Source: Octopus vulgaris (taxonomy: Eukaryota). Taken from it: a DNA stretch of 64,000 bases. Positions 27,056 to 40,109 of this stretch are shown here, piece by piece. The notes under the pieces were generated by a model. The model made no database searches and had not been told where the DNA came from. It saw nothing but the letters and a program-made list of their open reading frames with translations. The DNA is taken from the NCBI GenBank assembly GCA_951406725.2, contig OX597831.1:16430001-16494000 (forward strand), given 5' to 3'. A program made the translations under genes and the position numbers. How positions within the stretch are numbered: the first letter of the stretch is position 1; every line of letters starts with the position of its first letter.

Positions 27056-28468
27056 AAATTTCAATAAAAACAAATCAAAACTGCCCTGCTTTAAATTTTT
27101 ATTTATCATTTGCATATCGTAGTCAATTTTAATGCACGTTTTATGGGCTGGAAACATGAAATTTTATAAATGCATTCCGAATTATAAATGCTTAATCCTG
27201 AATATTTTACATGGAAAAGCTGCGTAGTTTCTTATGGTTTCGTTCATTATATATCTAGTTTGATTTATACTATTTATAATCTTTTAGCTCTTTCATCTTA
27301 ACATATTCCATATGTTAATACATACACACACACATATATGATTATTAGTAAGGTTGATTATAAGATCGGGATTAAATTCGATTTAAAAAAGGGAATCTAT
27401 CGCCTTCAATTGAATACCAACGCAGCAAGTTTGCTTGAAATAGTTCACTTTGAAAACGTCGTAGGAGATGTAAACTTAATGGAATTGCAACGACTAGGAT
27501 ACATATTTGCATACAGAAAATGTGTTATTGCTGCGGTAGAAACATGTTTGTCATTGTTATATATACTATAGAAAACCTGAGAATAAAATGTTTTGGATGT
27601 GAACAAATTATACATGTTTTGACTCTTATTACTAGCAATCCTAGTGGTAACCAGCGCACTTAAAAATTGCTAACAGGCCACCCTTATCATTTATAATATT
27701 CACGTTTACCATTTATGAAATCAGCGTATGATTTCCACGGTGATCTTATGAGCTGAAAAGGCGAGTTGAGTTTAAAAGAACAAGCTCGTAAAAGCCTTTG
27801 AAGAGTATTAATGTAAATGTTAGATCTTGCTACGCCTGGTGCTGGGCAGCTTGCCTTCATTGTCAGTCAGTAGGATGGTGCTAATCGTAGTTATGAGTTA
27901 TTTTGACTCTTACATCTAGCAATACTGTAACTAACAAGCATCCTTAGAAATTTAGTGCAGGGTCATTCCAAGCATTGTGCTCTCAGCTAGCTAGTGACAG
28001 TATGGTGTGAAAAAACGATACTTTGTACGAAAATTAGCAGCAACCACAAAGTCAAGTATAGTGTGTGATCTGGAGATTGATATGAGTAAAAAAAAACTTG
28101 TTTGATATATATTTTAACAAGTTCGTGCTAAAGTGCACGAAAATGGCCGGACAAATTTTGGGAAATTTCAATGCAAACATCTGGGAACTATGATGTCTCT
28201 ATGATGGACATTTGTACTCAGCCGTGTCAACTACTAATTTGAGCTGTTCCACTAACAATGAGACCGGATTGTGTAAAATTGATAGTAAAATTTGAGGTAG
28301 TTTAGCAGATCTACGCCAGGATGACTGCCTCAACAGAGCAGCTGAGTTGCTGAGAGAAACTGAAATTGCTACGACTCTACTATTTGAAACAAAACGGGAG
28401 ACATATGCAGCATTATACTTATGGAACATATATATATATATATGAATATATATACATATGAATATATA

Positions 28469-28516
<48 letters not shown>

Positions 28517-28589
28517 TACATACAGTCCATGCATGGTTGTTTTAGTAGAAATCTTACAGATGAGAGTAACACTGACAACCAAACAAGTC

Positions 28590-29330
28590 TATCATGGCCT
28601 AATAACCAGACTTCTGCATTCCACATTGAAGGGCATGCATTTGCAATCCAGGCAGAAGCGTAGCTCGGGTAGGGCAAGTAGGGGACATGCACCAGGCGCC
28701 ACTTTGATGGGTGCGAAAGTTTTGTGAAGACCATTTACTAATTAAGCTATTTCTATGCAAGTTTCCACTGTATGGCTGGGGAAGTGGACGCAGTTTTGAT
28801 GCGCTGCTCTGGGCGCCATTTACCCCAGCTACGCTCCTAAAACCAGTAACAGGAAATACCATGCAAATGCCTGATGCACAAAAGAATCAAAGATGCAGGA
28901 AACACAGTAAAATGTGACAACCGATCTGTGTTGAGTGGGAACCGAAGTTAACACCTAATTCATAAGCAGGTTTTCAAAATGTTATCACAATATCACCCTT
29001 CGGCGAGAGATGATGTTGTAGCGAGGATACTGTATAAAGAGATCTGTCTAAAGGATAACCCGAAGACAAAGAAATACGAACCCACAGTATGGTGGAAGTC
29101 ATGGCCACTGAGAGTAAAATTTAGTATTGTTGACTGTCCCAGCAAAATCCTCAGTAAACACAATAGACCAGATATAATAATTTGGGAAGAGAAACTGAAC
29201 TGTACAGTTGTGAAAAAGAGAATACCTACGCTGGACTACTAAAAAAATCTGCAGTTATTTTATATCCAGATAAGTGTAGTTTTATGCTTTAATTATTAGG
29301 GTTCTGGGATATTTAACACACTGATTAAAA
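28590..29330 (+). mobile_element. R4/Dong-like non-LTR element C-terminal (RLE) remnant
   Basis: RDDVVARILYKEIC and KHNRPDIII (restriction-like endonuclease PD motif). Confidence 0.7.
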
Positions 29331-29554
29331 CGTTCCATTTAATTATATATGACCATATCTATATATGCAAGTATATAGAAGCGAAAGCATGCAGAAAACA
29401 AAATTACAAATATGCACCTATACATATATATATACATAAGTACCCTGTTGCTAACTTTGAAAAGTTTATTCTAAGAGCCTTCGATCTACGATAGAGATCG
29501 GCTGTTTCCCTATTGGCAAGAAACCTTCAAATAAAATTAAATAATCCGGTCTAT

Positions 29555-29910
29555 CATAGGCACAAAGCCTGAAAGTTATGGGGAGGTGATTAGTCGATAA
29601 CATCGACCCCAGTTTTTCATTGGTACTTCATTTATAGTTCCCGAAGTATGAAAGACAAACTAGATCTCAGCGGAATTTGAACTCAGTACGTAGCGAATGG
29701 CGAAATACCTATTTCTTTACTACCGACCAAGGGCTAAACATAGAGGGGACAAACAAGGACAGACAAAGGGATTAAGTCGTTTATATCGCCACTAGTGCGT
29801 AGCTGGTACTTATTTAATTGACCCCGAAAGGTTGAAAGGCAATGTCGACCTCGGCAGAATTTCATCTCAGTACGTAGCGTATGGCGAAATACCGTTAAAC
29901 ATTTCGTCCA
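29555..29910 (-). mobile_element. Dimeric SINE
   Basis: Two SINE cores joined at gaaatacc|tatttctttac. Confidence 0.8.
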
Positions 29911-30342
29911 ATAAAACTAAATGATGGCATATATGTATGCGTACCAGTATTTGTGTGTGCGAAATGAGAAGAAAACATATTTATATGCAGATAATTTATA
30001 TTATTCGATGATCATGTAAAAGCGGTGTGGAATAATAACGGTAACAACCTTTCATTCGCCATGCATTAAATCAGATTTTAACGAAGAGAAAAAAAACCCA
30101 TAAATTTGTTCGATGCATTTAAGAAACTTTCCTACCGTTGACAATTAAATGGATTGTTCTTTATAATGCTAGTGAACATTTATTGCCTTTTTAACATCAG
30201 AACGCAAAGCAACGTAGATAGAAAACATTCAGTTCCAAAGAATATACAGTATGAAAATATACATTTTCTTTCCTTTTGTACTTATTGGTAAGTACCAATA
30301 ACTCCACTTTATATTCCTTATATATATATATATGTACATATA

Positions 30343-30404
<62 letters not shown>

Positions 30405-30413
30405 TATATATAT

Positions 30414-30646
30414 ATATTTCTTTACTGCCCACAAGGGGCTAAACATAGAGGGGACAAAGAAGGACAGACAAAGGGATTAAGTTGATTACATCAACCCCAG
30501 TGCGTAACTGGTACTTAATTTATCGATCCCGAAAGGATTTAAAACCAAAGTCGACCTCGGCGGAATTTGAACTCAGAACGTAACGACAGACGAAATACCG
30601 CTAAGCATTTCGCTCAGCGCGCTAACGCTTCTGCCAGCTCGCTGAC
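30414..30646 (-). mobile_element. Full-length SINE within (TA)n
   Basis: Reverse complement of the 23945 family. Confidence 0.9.
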
Positions 30647-30669
30647 TCTTATATATATGTACATATGTG

Positions 30670-30775
<106 letters not shown>

Positions 30776-31144
30776 TAGATAGATAGATAGATTGATAGAT
30801 ACATAGAAAGATAGATATATTCACATGATTTAGAGAAAAACGTCTATTAAACAATCCAATATTGAAAGATCTTATTCACACCATACAGAAAACATATACT
30901 ATAGCAGCCTTATACTAAAAATCAATAAAGTACAAAAACAATAAATAGTAAATAGTAGTAAAAAGACTACGCACGTTTCGTGGTTATATTTTCGAATAGA
31001 TAATAATAATAAAATCAATTCGATTTAAAATGAAATCCTTTAAGTTTTGAATTATATTCCATTAGATATATACATATATATATATATATACATATATATA
31101 TTTACTTATATATACATATATATATATGCATATATATATATATG

Positions 31145-31234
<90 letters not shown>

Positions 31235-31488
31235 AATAAAAAATGGAGTTTAACGCAGGTGTAAACAAATATTTTTACTTTCGACACATATTTCGAAAAT
31301 TCCACTGATACTATTCAAAAGAATAAATGGTATAAACAATGCAATCTTCTCTTCGGGAAAGTGAAAAAAACGAAACTCGTCAATACGACATTTTAGCAAA
31401 AAATGATGGATTTGTATAGCGATAGACAGAACGCTATTAATATTGTTTAAAAAACGTTATATGATATAACGTCATAAGTAGCTAACAT

Positions 31489-31521
<33 letters not shown>

Positions 31522-31806
31522 GATAGAGAGATAGATATATATATAGATGGATAGATAGATATTTATAGAGTGTTGCGTATACAAAGACTAATTTTGGAAA
31601 AACAAAATTATTTACTCATTATTATTAACGCTTTCGCTGGTGTCTCTAACTTGTCAAGTAGAATTCTCTTTCACAAGTTCGATAAACGAACAAAAGCGAT
31701 AATAATAAGGATAATGAATATATAGATTTTTTCCAAAATTCTGGGAACCCTTTTTCTCATTATATATTTGTGTGTGTATATATTTATGTATGGCATATGT
31801 GCGTGT

Positions 31807-31858
<52 letters not shown>

Positions 31859-32191
31859 GTACACAGATATGTAGGTGACTGTCGTCTCGACAAAGTGATA
31901 TACTTCAAAATATGCATCACTATGAGACAGTGTTATTTACTTCAATATGGCGCGAATATATTTTAGACAATGGTGAACTATCACATTTCTTAGAACCCTT
32001 CGCAAATCGAAGGCGGAAATGGATTTCTGCAGCAGAAAATGTGTCAAAGAGAACGCCATCCGATGTATTGAAACTGGAAAAGTGAAAGTGATAATGATGT
32101 TCATGATGTTAGCTCTGCATATTTTGTGAAATCATTAACTTTATATTGATATACTTAAGAATGATTGCGTTGTGTTTTCCATGTAAATATT

Positions 32192-32788
32192 CTTTTCTTC
32201 TCTAGGCACAAGGCCCGAAATTTTAGGGGAGGGAGCCAGTCGATTAAATCGAACCCAGTACACTAATAGTACTTAGTTTATCGACCCTGGAAGAATGAAA
32301 GTCAAAGTCGACCTTGGTAGAATTTGAAATTAGAACCAAAAGACAGGCGAAATATCGCTAAGCATTTCACCCGGTTTGCTAACGTTTCTTATTTCTTTAC
32401 TGCCCACAAGGGGCTAAACATAGCAGGGACGAACAAGTACAGAGAAAGGGATTAAGCCGATTAGATCGACCCCAGTGTGTAACGACCCCGAAGGGATGAA
32501 AGGGAAAGTCGACCTCGGCGGAATTTGAACTCAGAGCGTAGCGGCTAACGAAATACCTATTTTTTTACTACCGACAAGAGGCTACACACGGAAGGGACAA
32601 AGAAGGACAGACAAAGGGATTAAGTCAATTATATCGACCCTAGTGTTTAACTGGTACTTAATTTATCGACCCCGAAAGGATGAAAGGCAAAGTCGTCCTC
32701 GGCGGAATTTGAAGTCAGAACGTCAAGACAGACGAAGCACCGCTAAGCATTCCGCCCGGCGTGCTAACATTTCTGCCAGCCCGCCGCC
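32192..32788 (-). mobile_element. Trimeric SINE chain
   Basis: Three successive gatgaaag..aaagtcgacctcggcggaatttgaa cores. Confidence 0.85.
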
Positions 32789-35600
32789 TGTCTCCACGTA
32801 TCTATTGTATATAATCGGAATGCAATATGTTTTGTGAGTGTAGTCAGTTTTGTATATTTAATAGATTATGATTGCATTTATTCAAATGGAAGCTAAAATG
32901 ATAATTAATGAACAATTTATAGTATATATTGATATCTATCAAAGCATGAAGGGTTATTGTTTTTATAACCAATCTTCATGAATAAGATTTCACATGAACA
33001 GTCTGAAAAGTGGCACAAACGCTAAAGAAATATAAGAGTTTATTCTAATTTTGTACTCGCTATATTAGGTCAGGCACCTTATCCCATATTTTAGATGCTA
33101 ATTTTATCAAGGTTGTTAGAATAACAATTCCACATATTTGTTTAATATTTTTTGCACGGGGCCAGCAATTTCGGAAGATAAAGTGCAGTTATAAAATGCA
33201 ACATCTGCTTCAGCATTATTTGAACCCAGAACATAGAGACGAATGTGATTCCGCGAACGTACTTTGCCTGGCGTGCTAAAAATTAAGCAAGTTAACCGCG
33301 TTAACAATTCAAAATACCGGTTTAACATTTGGGGCCAGGGCTAACAATTTCGTGTGAGATATTAATCGATTACATTGATCCCAGTGAACTACTGGTACAT
33401 ATGTTATTGAACGTGAATGGATGAAAGGCAAAGTCAACCCCCGTGGAACATATAGTTTAACGAAACGCTACTGACTGTCTTAACAATTCCAGATATTATA
33501 ACATATAAAGGATTACATTTCAGAAAATATTCTGAAAATATGATTAATAATGTACGTATAATATTCTATTCTAATTGAAATTTCAACACACAAAAGGCAG
33601 TAAAGAATCAGTGACAGTAAGAATATCTGCCAATATATGTGTTTTGGCCAGAACTGAATATCTTCGTAATGTGTGTTATTTAAAATATATGTTCTTCAAT
33701 ATCATGGGTATCCTTTGAAAATTTAATTTATTTTTGTTTCTAAGTTTCAGTTAGGGCGAAGGTTGATTATTGTTCAGATAAGGCGGAATGGTTATGCATA
33801 TTTTCCAAACATTATTTCAGAGATTTGAATTACGATAAAGTCTTTTGCCGGTATGTATATTCGCACACCAACTATACCTTCTACACTCAATAATTAAGCA
33901 TAGATTACTTTGAAATGTTCTTGACTTTCTTGTCTCCTTATATCTATGTGTTACACCCTCGGCGCTTGTCTGCCTTTTTCTATCGTCAATTGAATAAGTA
34001 CCACGTGAGCAGTGGTGCCAATGTAATCGATGTATTCCCTTCCCCGTGTTTCCTGCCCTACATTCTCCCCAAAATTTTTTGGGCCTTTTCCTAATTTATA
34101 CTTCCTAATTTATACGACGTGCGCTTTTTATCTCGGAACCTTTCTATTTACAGTCATATAGATACATATATAACTATACATACATATATTACTTCCAAGA
34201 ATTAAAATTCAAGAAAGGTGTCTTGATAAACTTGCAACGTTATTTAGTTATTTGAAGGAGAATATTCAAATTAAAAAGCAATTAATGGAAACCCAGTATT
34301 ACTCAATCACCTTGGGAGAATGCTTCGGTATTGTTTATAAGCGATTTCGGTCTCTCCATCATTTCAAATATTTCTATCATAGAGATAACAATTATATAAT
34401 TAGCTATTTATATTTGCAGTGTTGTCTATTTCCATTTTCGTTTTGGGTTTAAAATTATCATAACGTGTTATAATTTTGCATCTAGTTGTTCATTAATTTT
34501 CAAAATAGGAAATTATAGGAGTTTCGAATTTGCCCAAATGTCAATTGTTCCCCCTAAAGACCATTTCTAACAGTTGAATCATTTATTTCATGTTTATCTA
34601 TCCTAATCACACGCATTAACTTTAACCCGTTTTCTCGATAACATTCCCGCTGAATTGTGATCGTACACTTCTGTAAGGGGCCCACTTCCGTCTCAGTTTT
34701 GAAATTCGTCATCGTACCATATTGAATTGTTTCACAGATCACACCAAAAAGGTCCCAGAATATTGTTACCTGCACTTTAATTTCTTCTGGTGTAAATTCC
34801 GAATTTAAAAAAAGACAAAAACATTTTTCATTTGGTGGTTGCCTTGTCTGTTTATAAATTGTGGTACTTGAATTAGTTTTCAGAGATCTCAGATTATTTT
34901 ATTTGAATCAACAATACCATGATGTACTTTCCACGTATAAACGAAATATTTATGCCCGTGTTTCGCTTTCGCCTCATTTTGAGGTTTTCCACTAAGGCAA
35001 AGATTTAAACATTAATGTTTTTACTGCCGTCCCTTGAATTTCGAGTTATTTTGCTCGTGAGAGAAAAAGCAATTATTTCCTATTACTTTGAAGTATATGT
35101 TCACGTGAAAATCTCAAATTCTTATTCTTGTGGGATTCTACTTCTTCTAGTCCTATAGTTTCTAATGGAATGTTTCTTTTCCCCAATATATTTGTGTAGA
35201 GACTGACTCCGCAGAAATTATGTAGGGACGACCCGGTCTTCACTCTTTCATGAACATTGATTAGGATGTACATGATTCTAGAAAGCAATTACCGTTATAT
35301 TTTCAACCATACGTCAAAACATTTAATCGCTGGATGTTTGATCATGGCTCTGTACGAATTATAATTTTGAATCAGAGAGTTTAGTAATATATATGTATGG
35401 TGTATTGTGATCCGTTCAGCTGATACGGATTGTTTTAGTGAAAAATGTTGTTAATCAATAAAATACGATCTTTTTCATCTCAAATTTAATTCGTCAAACC
35501 CCTTTATCGTAATATATATATATTTGAAATTTGATTTAGTGTTTCTAAATTGAAGTTTTCCCTGTAAGTTTGGAATAATATTCCTTCATAATATTTTATA

Positions 35601-35634
<34 letters not shown>

Positions 35635-35842
35635 ATCTGTATGAGTGTGTGGGGAGGTATGTGTCTATCTGTCCGTCTTTATGTTTGTCCTCCAACAGCG
35701 TTTGACAACTGGAGTTGCTCTGTTTAAATCGTCGTTCGGCAAAAGCCCGATAGAGTAACTACTAAGTTAAAAAAATAAGTCCTTGAGTACTGACTCAACT
35801 AGAATTTATTCAAAGCAGGGCCGTTGTCTAATGATTAAAGGT

Positions 35843-35893
<51 letters not shown>

Positions 35894-35985
35894 CATATGG
35901 TCTTTTCTATACCGATAAAACTACTAGGTGGAATTTATTAATTTTATTAAATTAATTATATTTCACTCTTTTTGTATATTGTTCG

Positions 35986-36061
<76 letters not shown>

Positions 36062-36379
36062 TCGATACGGAGCAAATAATTCACGAGAAAAATAATTCTC
36101 GAAAATATTTGCGAAGATTCTATTGATTTTGTTATTATATTGTGTAACAGTGTAAAAATGATAATAACGGAATCAATAATATGGGAGGTTGCAGGCCCCA
36201 AAAACCAATAAATAGATGAAGGATTAAAATTCATCGGCGGACATACTTCGGAGCGATGATTTCTGCAGTTCTTATCAGTGTATTTAGGTGATTCAAATAA
36301 GTGTTATGACTGTTATCTGCAGCAGGTAGAAATAAACATGTATAAATTTGGAAAATGCAAAAATATTTTGTTGGGAAAA

Positions 36380-36580
36380 TATAGGGGTCTGAAAACTGAG
36401 GGAAGGGAATAAGTCGATTTCATTGACCCCAAAGCTCACATGGTACATATTTTATAGACCCCGAAATGATGTGAGGGATTTTCGACCGTGGTAAAATTTG
36501 AACTCAGTACGTATAAATGGGCGAAATGTCGTAAAGCCATTTTCTCTGGAGTGGTAAAGATACTTCTAGCTGGTCGTCTT
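36380..36580 (-). mobile_element. Decayed SINE (similar decayed copies at about 33325-33480, 33970-34090 and 46240-46430)
   Basis: gacccc..tggtac..gaccccgaaa..aatttgaactcag. Confidence 0.65.
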
Positions 36581-37086
36581 ACTTCATAACAAATATTGCC
36601 AATTGTTTATTTATTCTTGATTTATTCTTCAATCCGTTTGCCGTTTTTAATGTTTCAAATTCAGGTGATTCAACAATTAAATTCAGTAGAAGGGACTTAG
36701 TCGACCCTAGGTGCAAATGTCAAGTACATATTCTGAACACCACTGTCGAATTTACCAATTCCACGGAGGAATATAATAATAGAAAGACAATGTCTTAAAT
36801 GCAAGCGTTTTATATTAATCAATAAATTTATCAGAATGACTGAATAATATTCAACTGAAAATTTTAGAAAAGTTTGAAACGAAATAAGCAAATATAGAAA
36901 GTAGTAAGCGAACACATACACTCTCAAATGATGGTTCTTATCTGGCCGAAACACAGAAGTCAGAATCAATATTATTCTTGGTAAACTATAATAAATTTGT
37001 ACTCAAGAACTATAAGCAGTCACCTTAATATTCAAGGTAATGTTTTTGATACCAACTCAACATAAAGCAAACGATATATATATATA

Positions 37087-37495
37087 TCTATATATATATA
37101 AACGGCAGTTTGTCTGTGTGTGTGTGTCTGTGTGTCTGTCAGGTTGTACCCTCACCCTGACCACGGCTTTCAACCGATTCTGATGAAACTTGACACACAC
37201 ATAGCCCAATGTCATAATTCAATACTAACGCAGCGAAAATTTTGAAAAGTTCCCCCAATTCTGAAAAAATTGATAAATTCGACATGGGTTCGAGAATCTA
37301 AGCTTTTTATATGCAACACATTTTCTGTCGGGAGACAGCTAGGAACATCGTATACATAGAAGTATTCGAGTGAAGAGAAGACATTGCAACCTACACATGC
37401 GCCTTCGTTCCCTAGAGAGAAAGAACTAGATTGGGATTAGTCGTTGTCTACTAGGGGCGCTTACATACCCGGGCAATGCCGGGCTATGCTGCTAG
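37087..37495 (+). mobile_element. Non-autonomous Helitron
   Basis: A|TC start, subterminal hairpin cccgggcaatgccggg, CTAG|T end. Homologous to 43190-43574. Confidence 0.85.
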
Positions 37496-38907
37496 TATAT
37501 ATATATACATGCATGCAGATGAAGAGAAAATGTAAATAGCATATTGATTTGACGATGCAAAACTATTAAGAAAATAAACAATCAAACAATAAATATATTT
37601 AAAAACAAATAAATGTCATGAAAAAGAAATTTATTAATCTTTGTTTCTTCGTAATATATAAGTTGTAAGATATTTTCTTTCAAATACATGTATAAATTTT
37701 TGTATGTTGTTCTCCTTCTATAATGTGATTTCAGCTTCTTTTCATAGAAATGTTTTTACCAAAGCTGATTGTACAAAAGTTTTATTCTGCCACAAACTTC
37801 ATTTAAATTGGAAAACAATCTCATACCGAAAATCCTCATACATACCAAACCATTTATGATTCGCATTTTTTGTGTGTGGCTTACATTATCATGTATCCTA
37901 CATTATCATGTTAGCAGCTTCTAAATAGAAGCATAAGACAAATTTATTGAACATTATCAATATGAGAGAGAAAAAGAGAGATAGAGATACGGACATCCAG
38001 AAAAGCAGGCAGAAATGGAGACATGTATATGAATCCATACATGCATGAATAGTTTTCTTAACCTTTTATAAGATGTATTTTTTATTAAGAAATTAATGTT
38101 TATATATACGTTGGGTGGTTAATTAGTGACAGAGGGGCTTGTACGTAGATATATACGTGTGTGTGTCTAGCTGTGTCTGTCAGCTGGTTTGCGTCTCTTT
38201 TGGCGTGCATGTGTGGGACGTATCTGCATTTACGCGGGTGTCTTTTAGTATATGAACTAATGGTTATGTTTTAAAAATTATCTAATTTCAAAATCAGTGA
38301 TACTAGGGGGTAACTTCTGAACACCTAGTGCATTAATCCCGTAAACATCACTTGTGCCAATCAGGGCTTAGAAAATTGCATAGTCGTTAATCCTCAGCAA
38401 ATACACGATTAGAGTTCAGTAAAAAGCATATCACTCGATATAGCAAAGTACATAATGACAATAATGACAAACACCTTGCCATTATACTTACATATTAAAC
38501 TTCCATTCCGTATGAAAGCCATATTTCATAGTAAATTTCGATTTCTTCCAGTATTGAAATAGAAACAATATTTCAATATTCTTGTTTCTTTATAGATTTG
38601 ATACAGGACGGCAGAGAGTGTGAGAGAGAGAGAGAGAGAGAGAGAGAAGGTGACAGAGAGAAATCGAAAGCAGATAGCTTTTTGTTAAATTCCTTTTGCC
38701 TTTTGTTGCATAAAATATCAATGTATTTGAATTGAAATGCCTCCCCTTCACTACTAAAATGAAAGGATCTAAACTTACATTACACAGCTTGATCAAACAT
38801 CTAAAAATAGGTAATTACCGGCATTGTATTTTAATACGTTTTAAGACGAATATACCATGTATGCGTTTGACATTTTCAGTAACATTTGATTTATGATTGC
38901 TTTGCAG

Positions 38908-38995
38908 TAAATTTCAAAGTAAGGCTGAATGTTTAATGGATATGAAGGATTACTGTCCTGGAGTATACAGGAACTACTTTTACCATAAATGTATT
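38908..38995 (+). CDS. Cys-rich exon, paralogue 3 (phase 2/0): KFQSKAECLMDMKDYCPGVYRNYFYHKCI
   Basis: tttgcag acceptor, gtaaga donor. 88 nt, identical in length to 1967-2054; KA.C, C16 and FY.KC conserved. Confidence 0.75.
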
Positions 38996-39359
38996 GTAAG
39001 AAAACATTTTATTCTGCTTATAAGCAATCTACTGTATTGTTCAATTATATTTATGTTACTAGTTCATAAAGTATATTATCGTAGAGTATATCTTACATTG
39101 ATACGTATAATCGTATAATTTGCACATTTAGAAGCCACTCTTATTTTTTTTATAGAATAAAATATACGTATGTGACGTATATTTAAGAGAATATATAATC
39201 TAATTTTGTAAATTATCGGAGATAATAGTTATTGTTTATAACAGAATATGGAAAATTTCTTACGTACCTTTTAAACTCCAAAAATGTAGCCATTGATTTC
39301 CATGCCCAAACATATTAAAGACTGACTATTAATGTTGATTAAGATTTTTTCCCAGAGTG

Positions 39360-39416
<57 letters not shown>

Positions 39417-39493
39417 TCAAAATGTGACCGCGTGTCTACCGTCGGCGATTTTCCTCCTCCGTCTTCCCTTCTTTGGATCTTTCTTTTTCCTAT

Positions 39494-39529
39494 GTTTCTG
39501 ACGAAGACCCCCCGCTCGAAACGTTAAAC
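39494..39529 (+). ncRNA. Minimal hammerhead motif in a solo pLTR (39420-39630)
   Basis: gttt CTGACGA a gacc..gctc GAAA cg TT aaac. Palindromic ACGT stem III; stem II partly mutated. Confidence 0.6.
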
Positions 39530-39626
39530 CCTCCTTCTTTCCTTCCTTCCTGAGCGTCCAATAATACTATATTTGTTCTACGTCCTCGCGCTGTTGTGTT
39601 TTCTCTTAGTGTTTTCATGTTTGGAT

Positions 39627-39681
<55 letters not shown>

Positions 39682-39709
39682 AATAAGCAACAAGAATAAC
39701 ACCGGTAAT

Positions 39710-39795
39710 TTGGTACGATCGTTTCGTACTACATCATTTTATTAAATGTTGTAATTATTACAACAGTTTTAAAATGCTGAGCACTCATCAGCCAA
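39710..39795 (-). ncRNA. Type I hammerhead ribozyme with canonical core and extended stem II
   Basis: ttgg CTGATGA gtgc-[long AT hairpin]-gtac GAAA cgatcg TA ccaa. G10.1-C11.1 pair, palindromic stem III, GUA site. Confidence 0.8.
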
Positions 39796-40109
39796 TTATA
39801 ATATCTATATATATAATATATATATATAAATATATATATATACACATAGCGAGAGAGAGAGAGAGGGATGTTAAAGGGAACGGAGAGTGTAGAAAAAATA
39901 GATACAAGTCCAAATAAGAGAGAGTAGTGTAACATGACTAATCTATATCACTGGTTGCTGTGGTGTCTATACATACGTATTACACTATTCACATATTCAA
40001 ATTAAATTGGTTCGTGTGTTCTTGAAATAGCTGTTTACAGTTTACGTAATTTCATTTGTTTCCATTATTCATTATTCAGTATTTTGGTCTATGTAGATAT
40101 ATATAACCT

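Noticed and set aside
34554-35288. Minus-strand ORFs; a PFWCDL word suggestive of a NIDO domain
   Set aside because: Single short motif with adjacent stops and no supporting exon structure.
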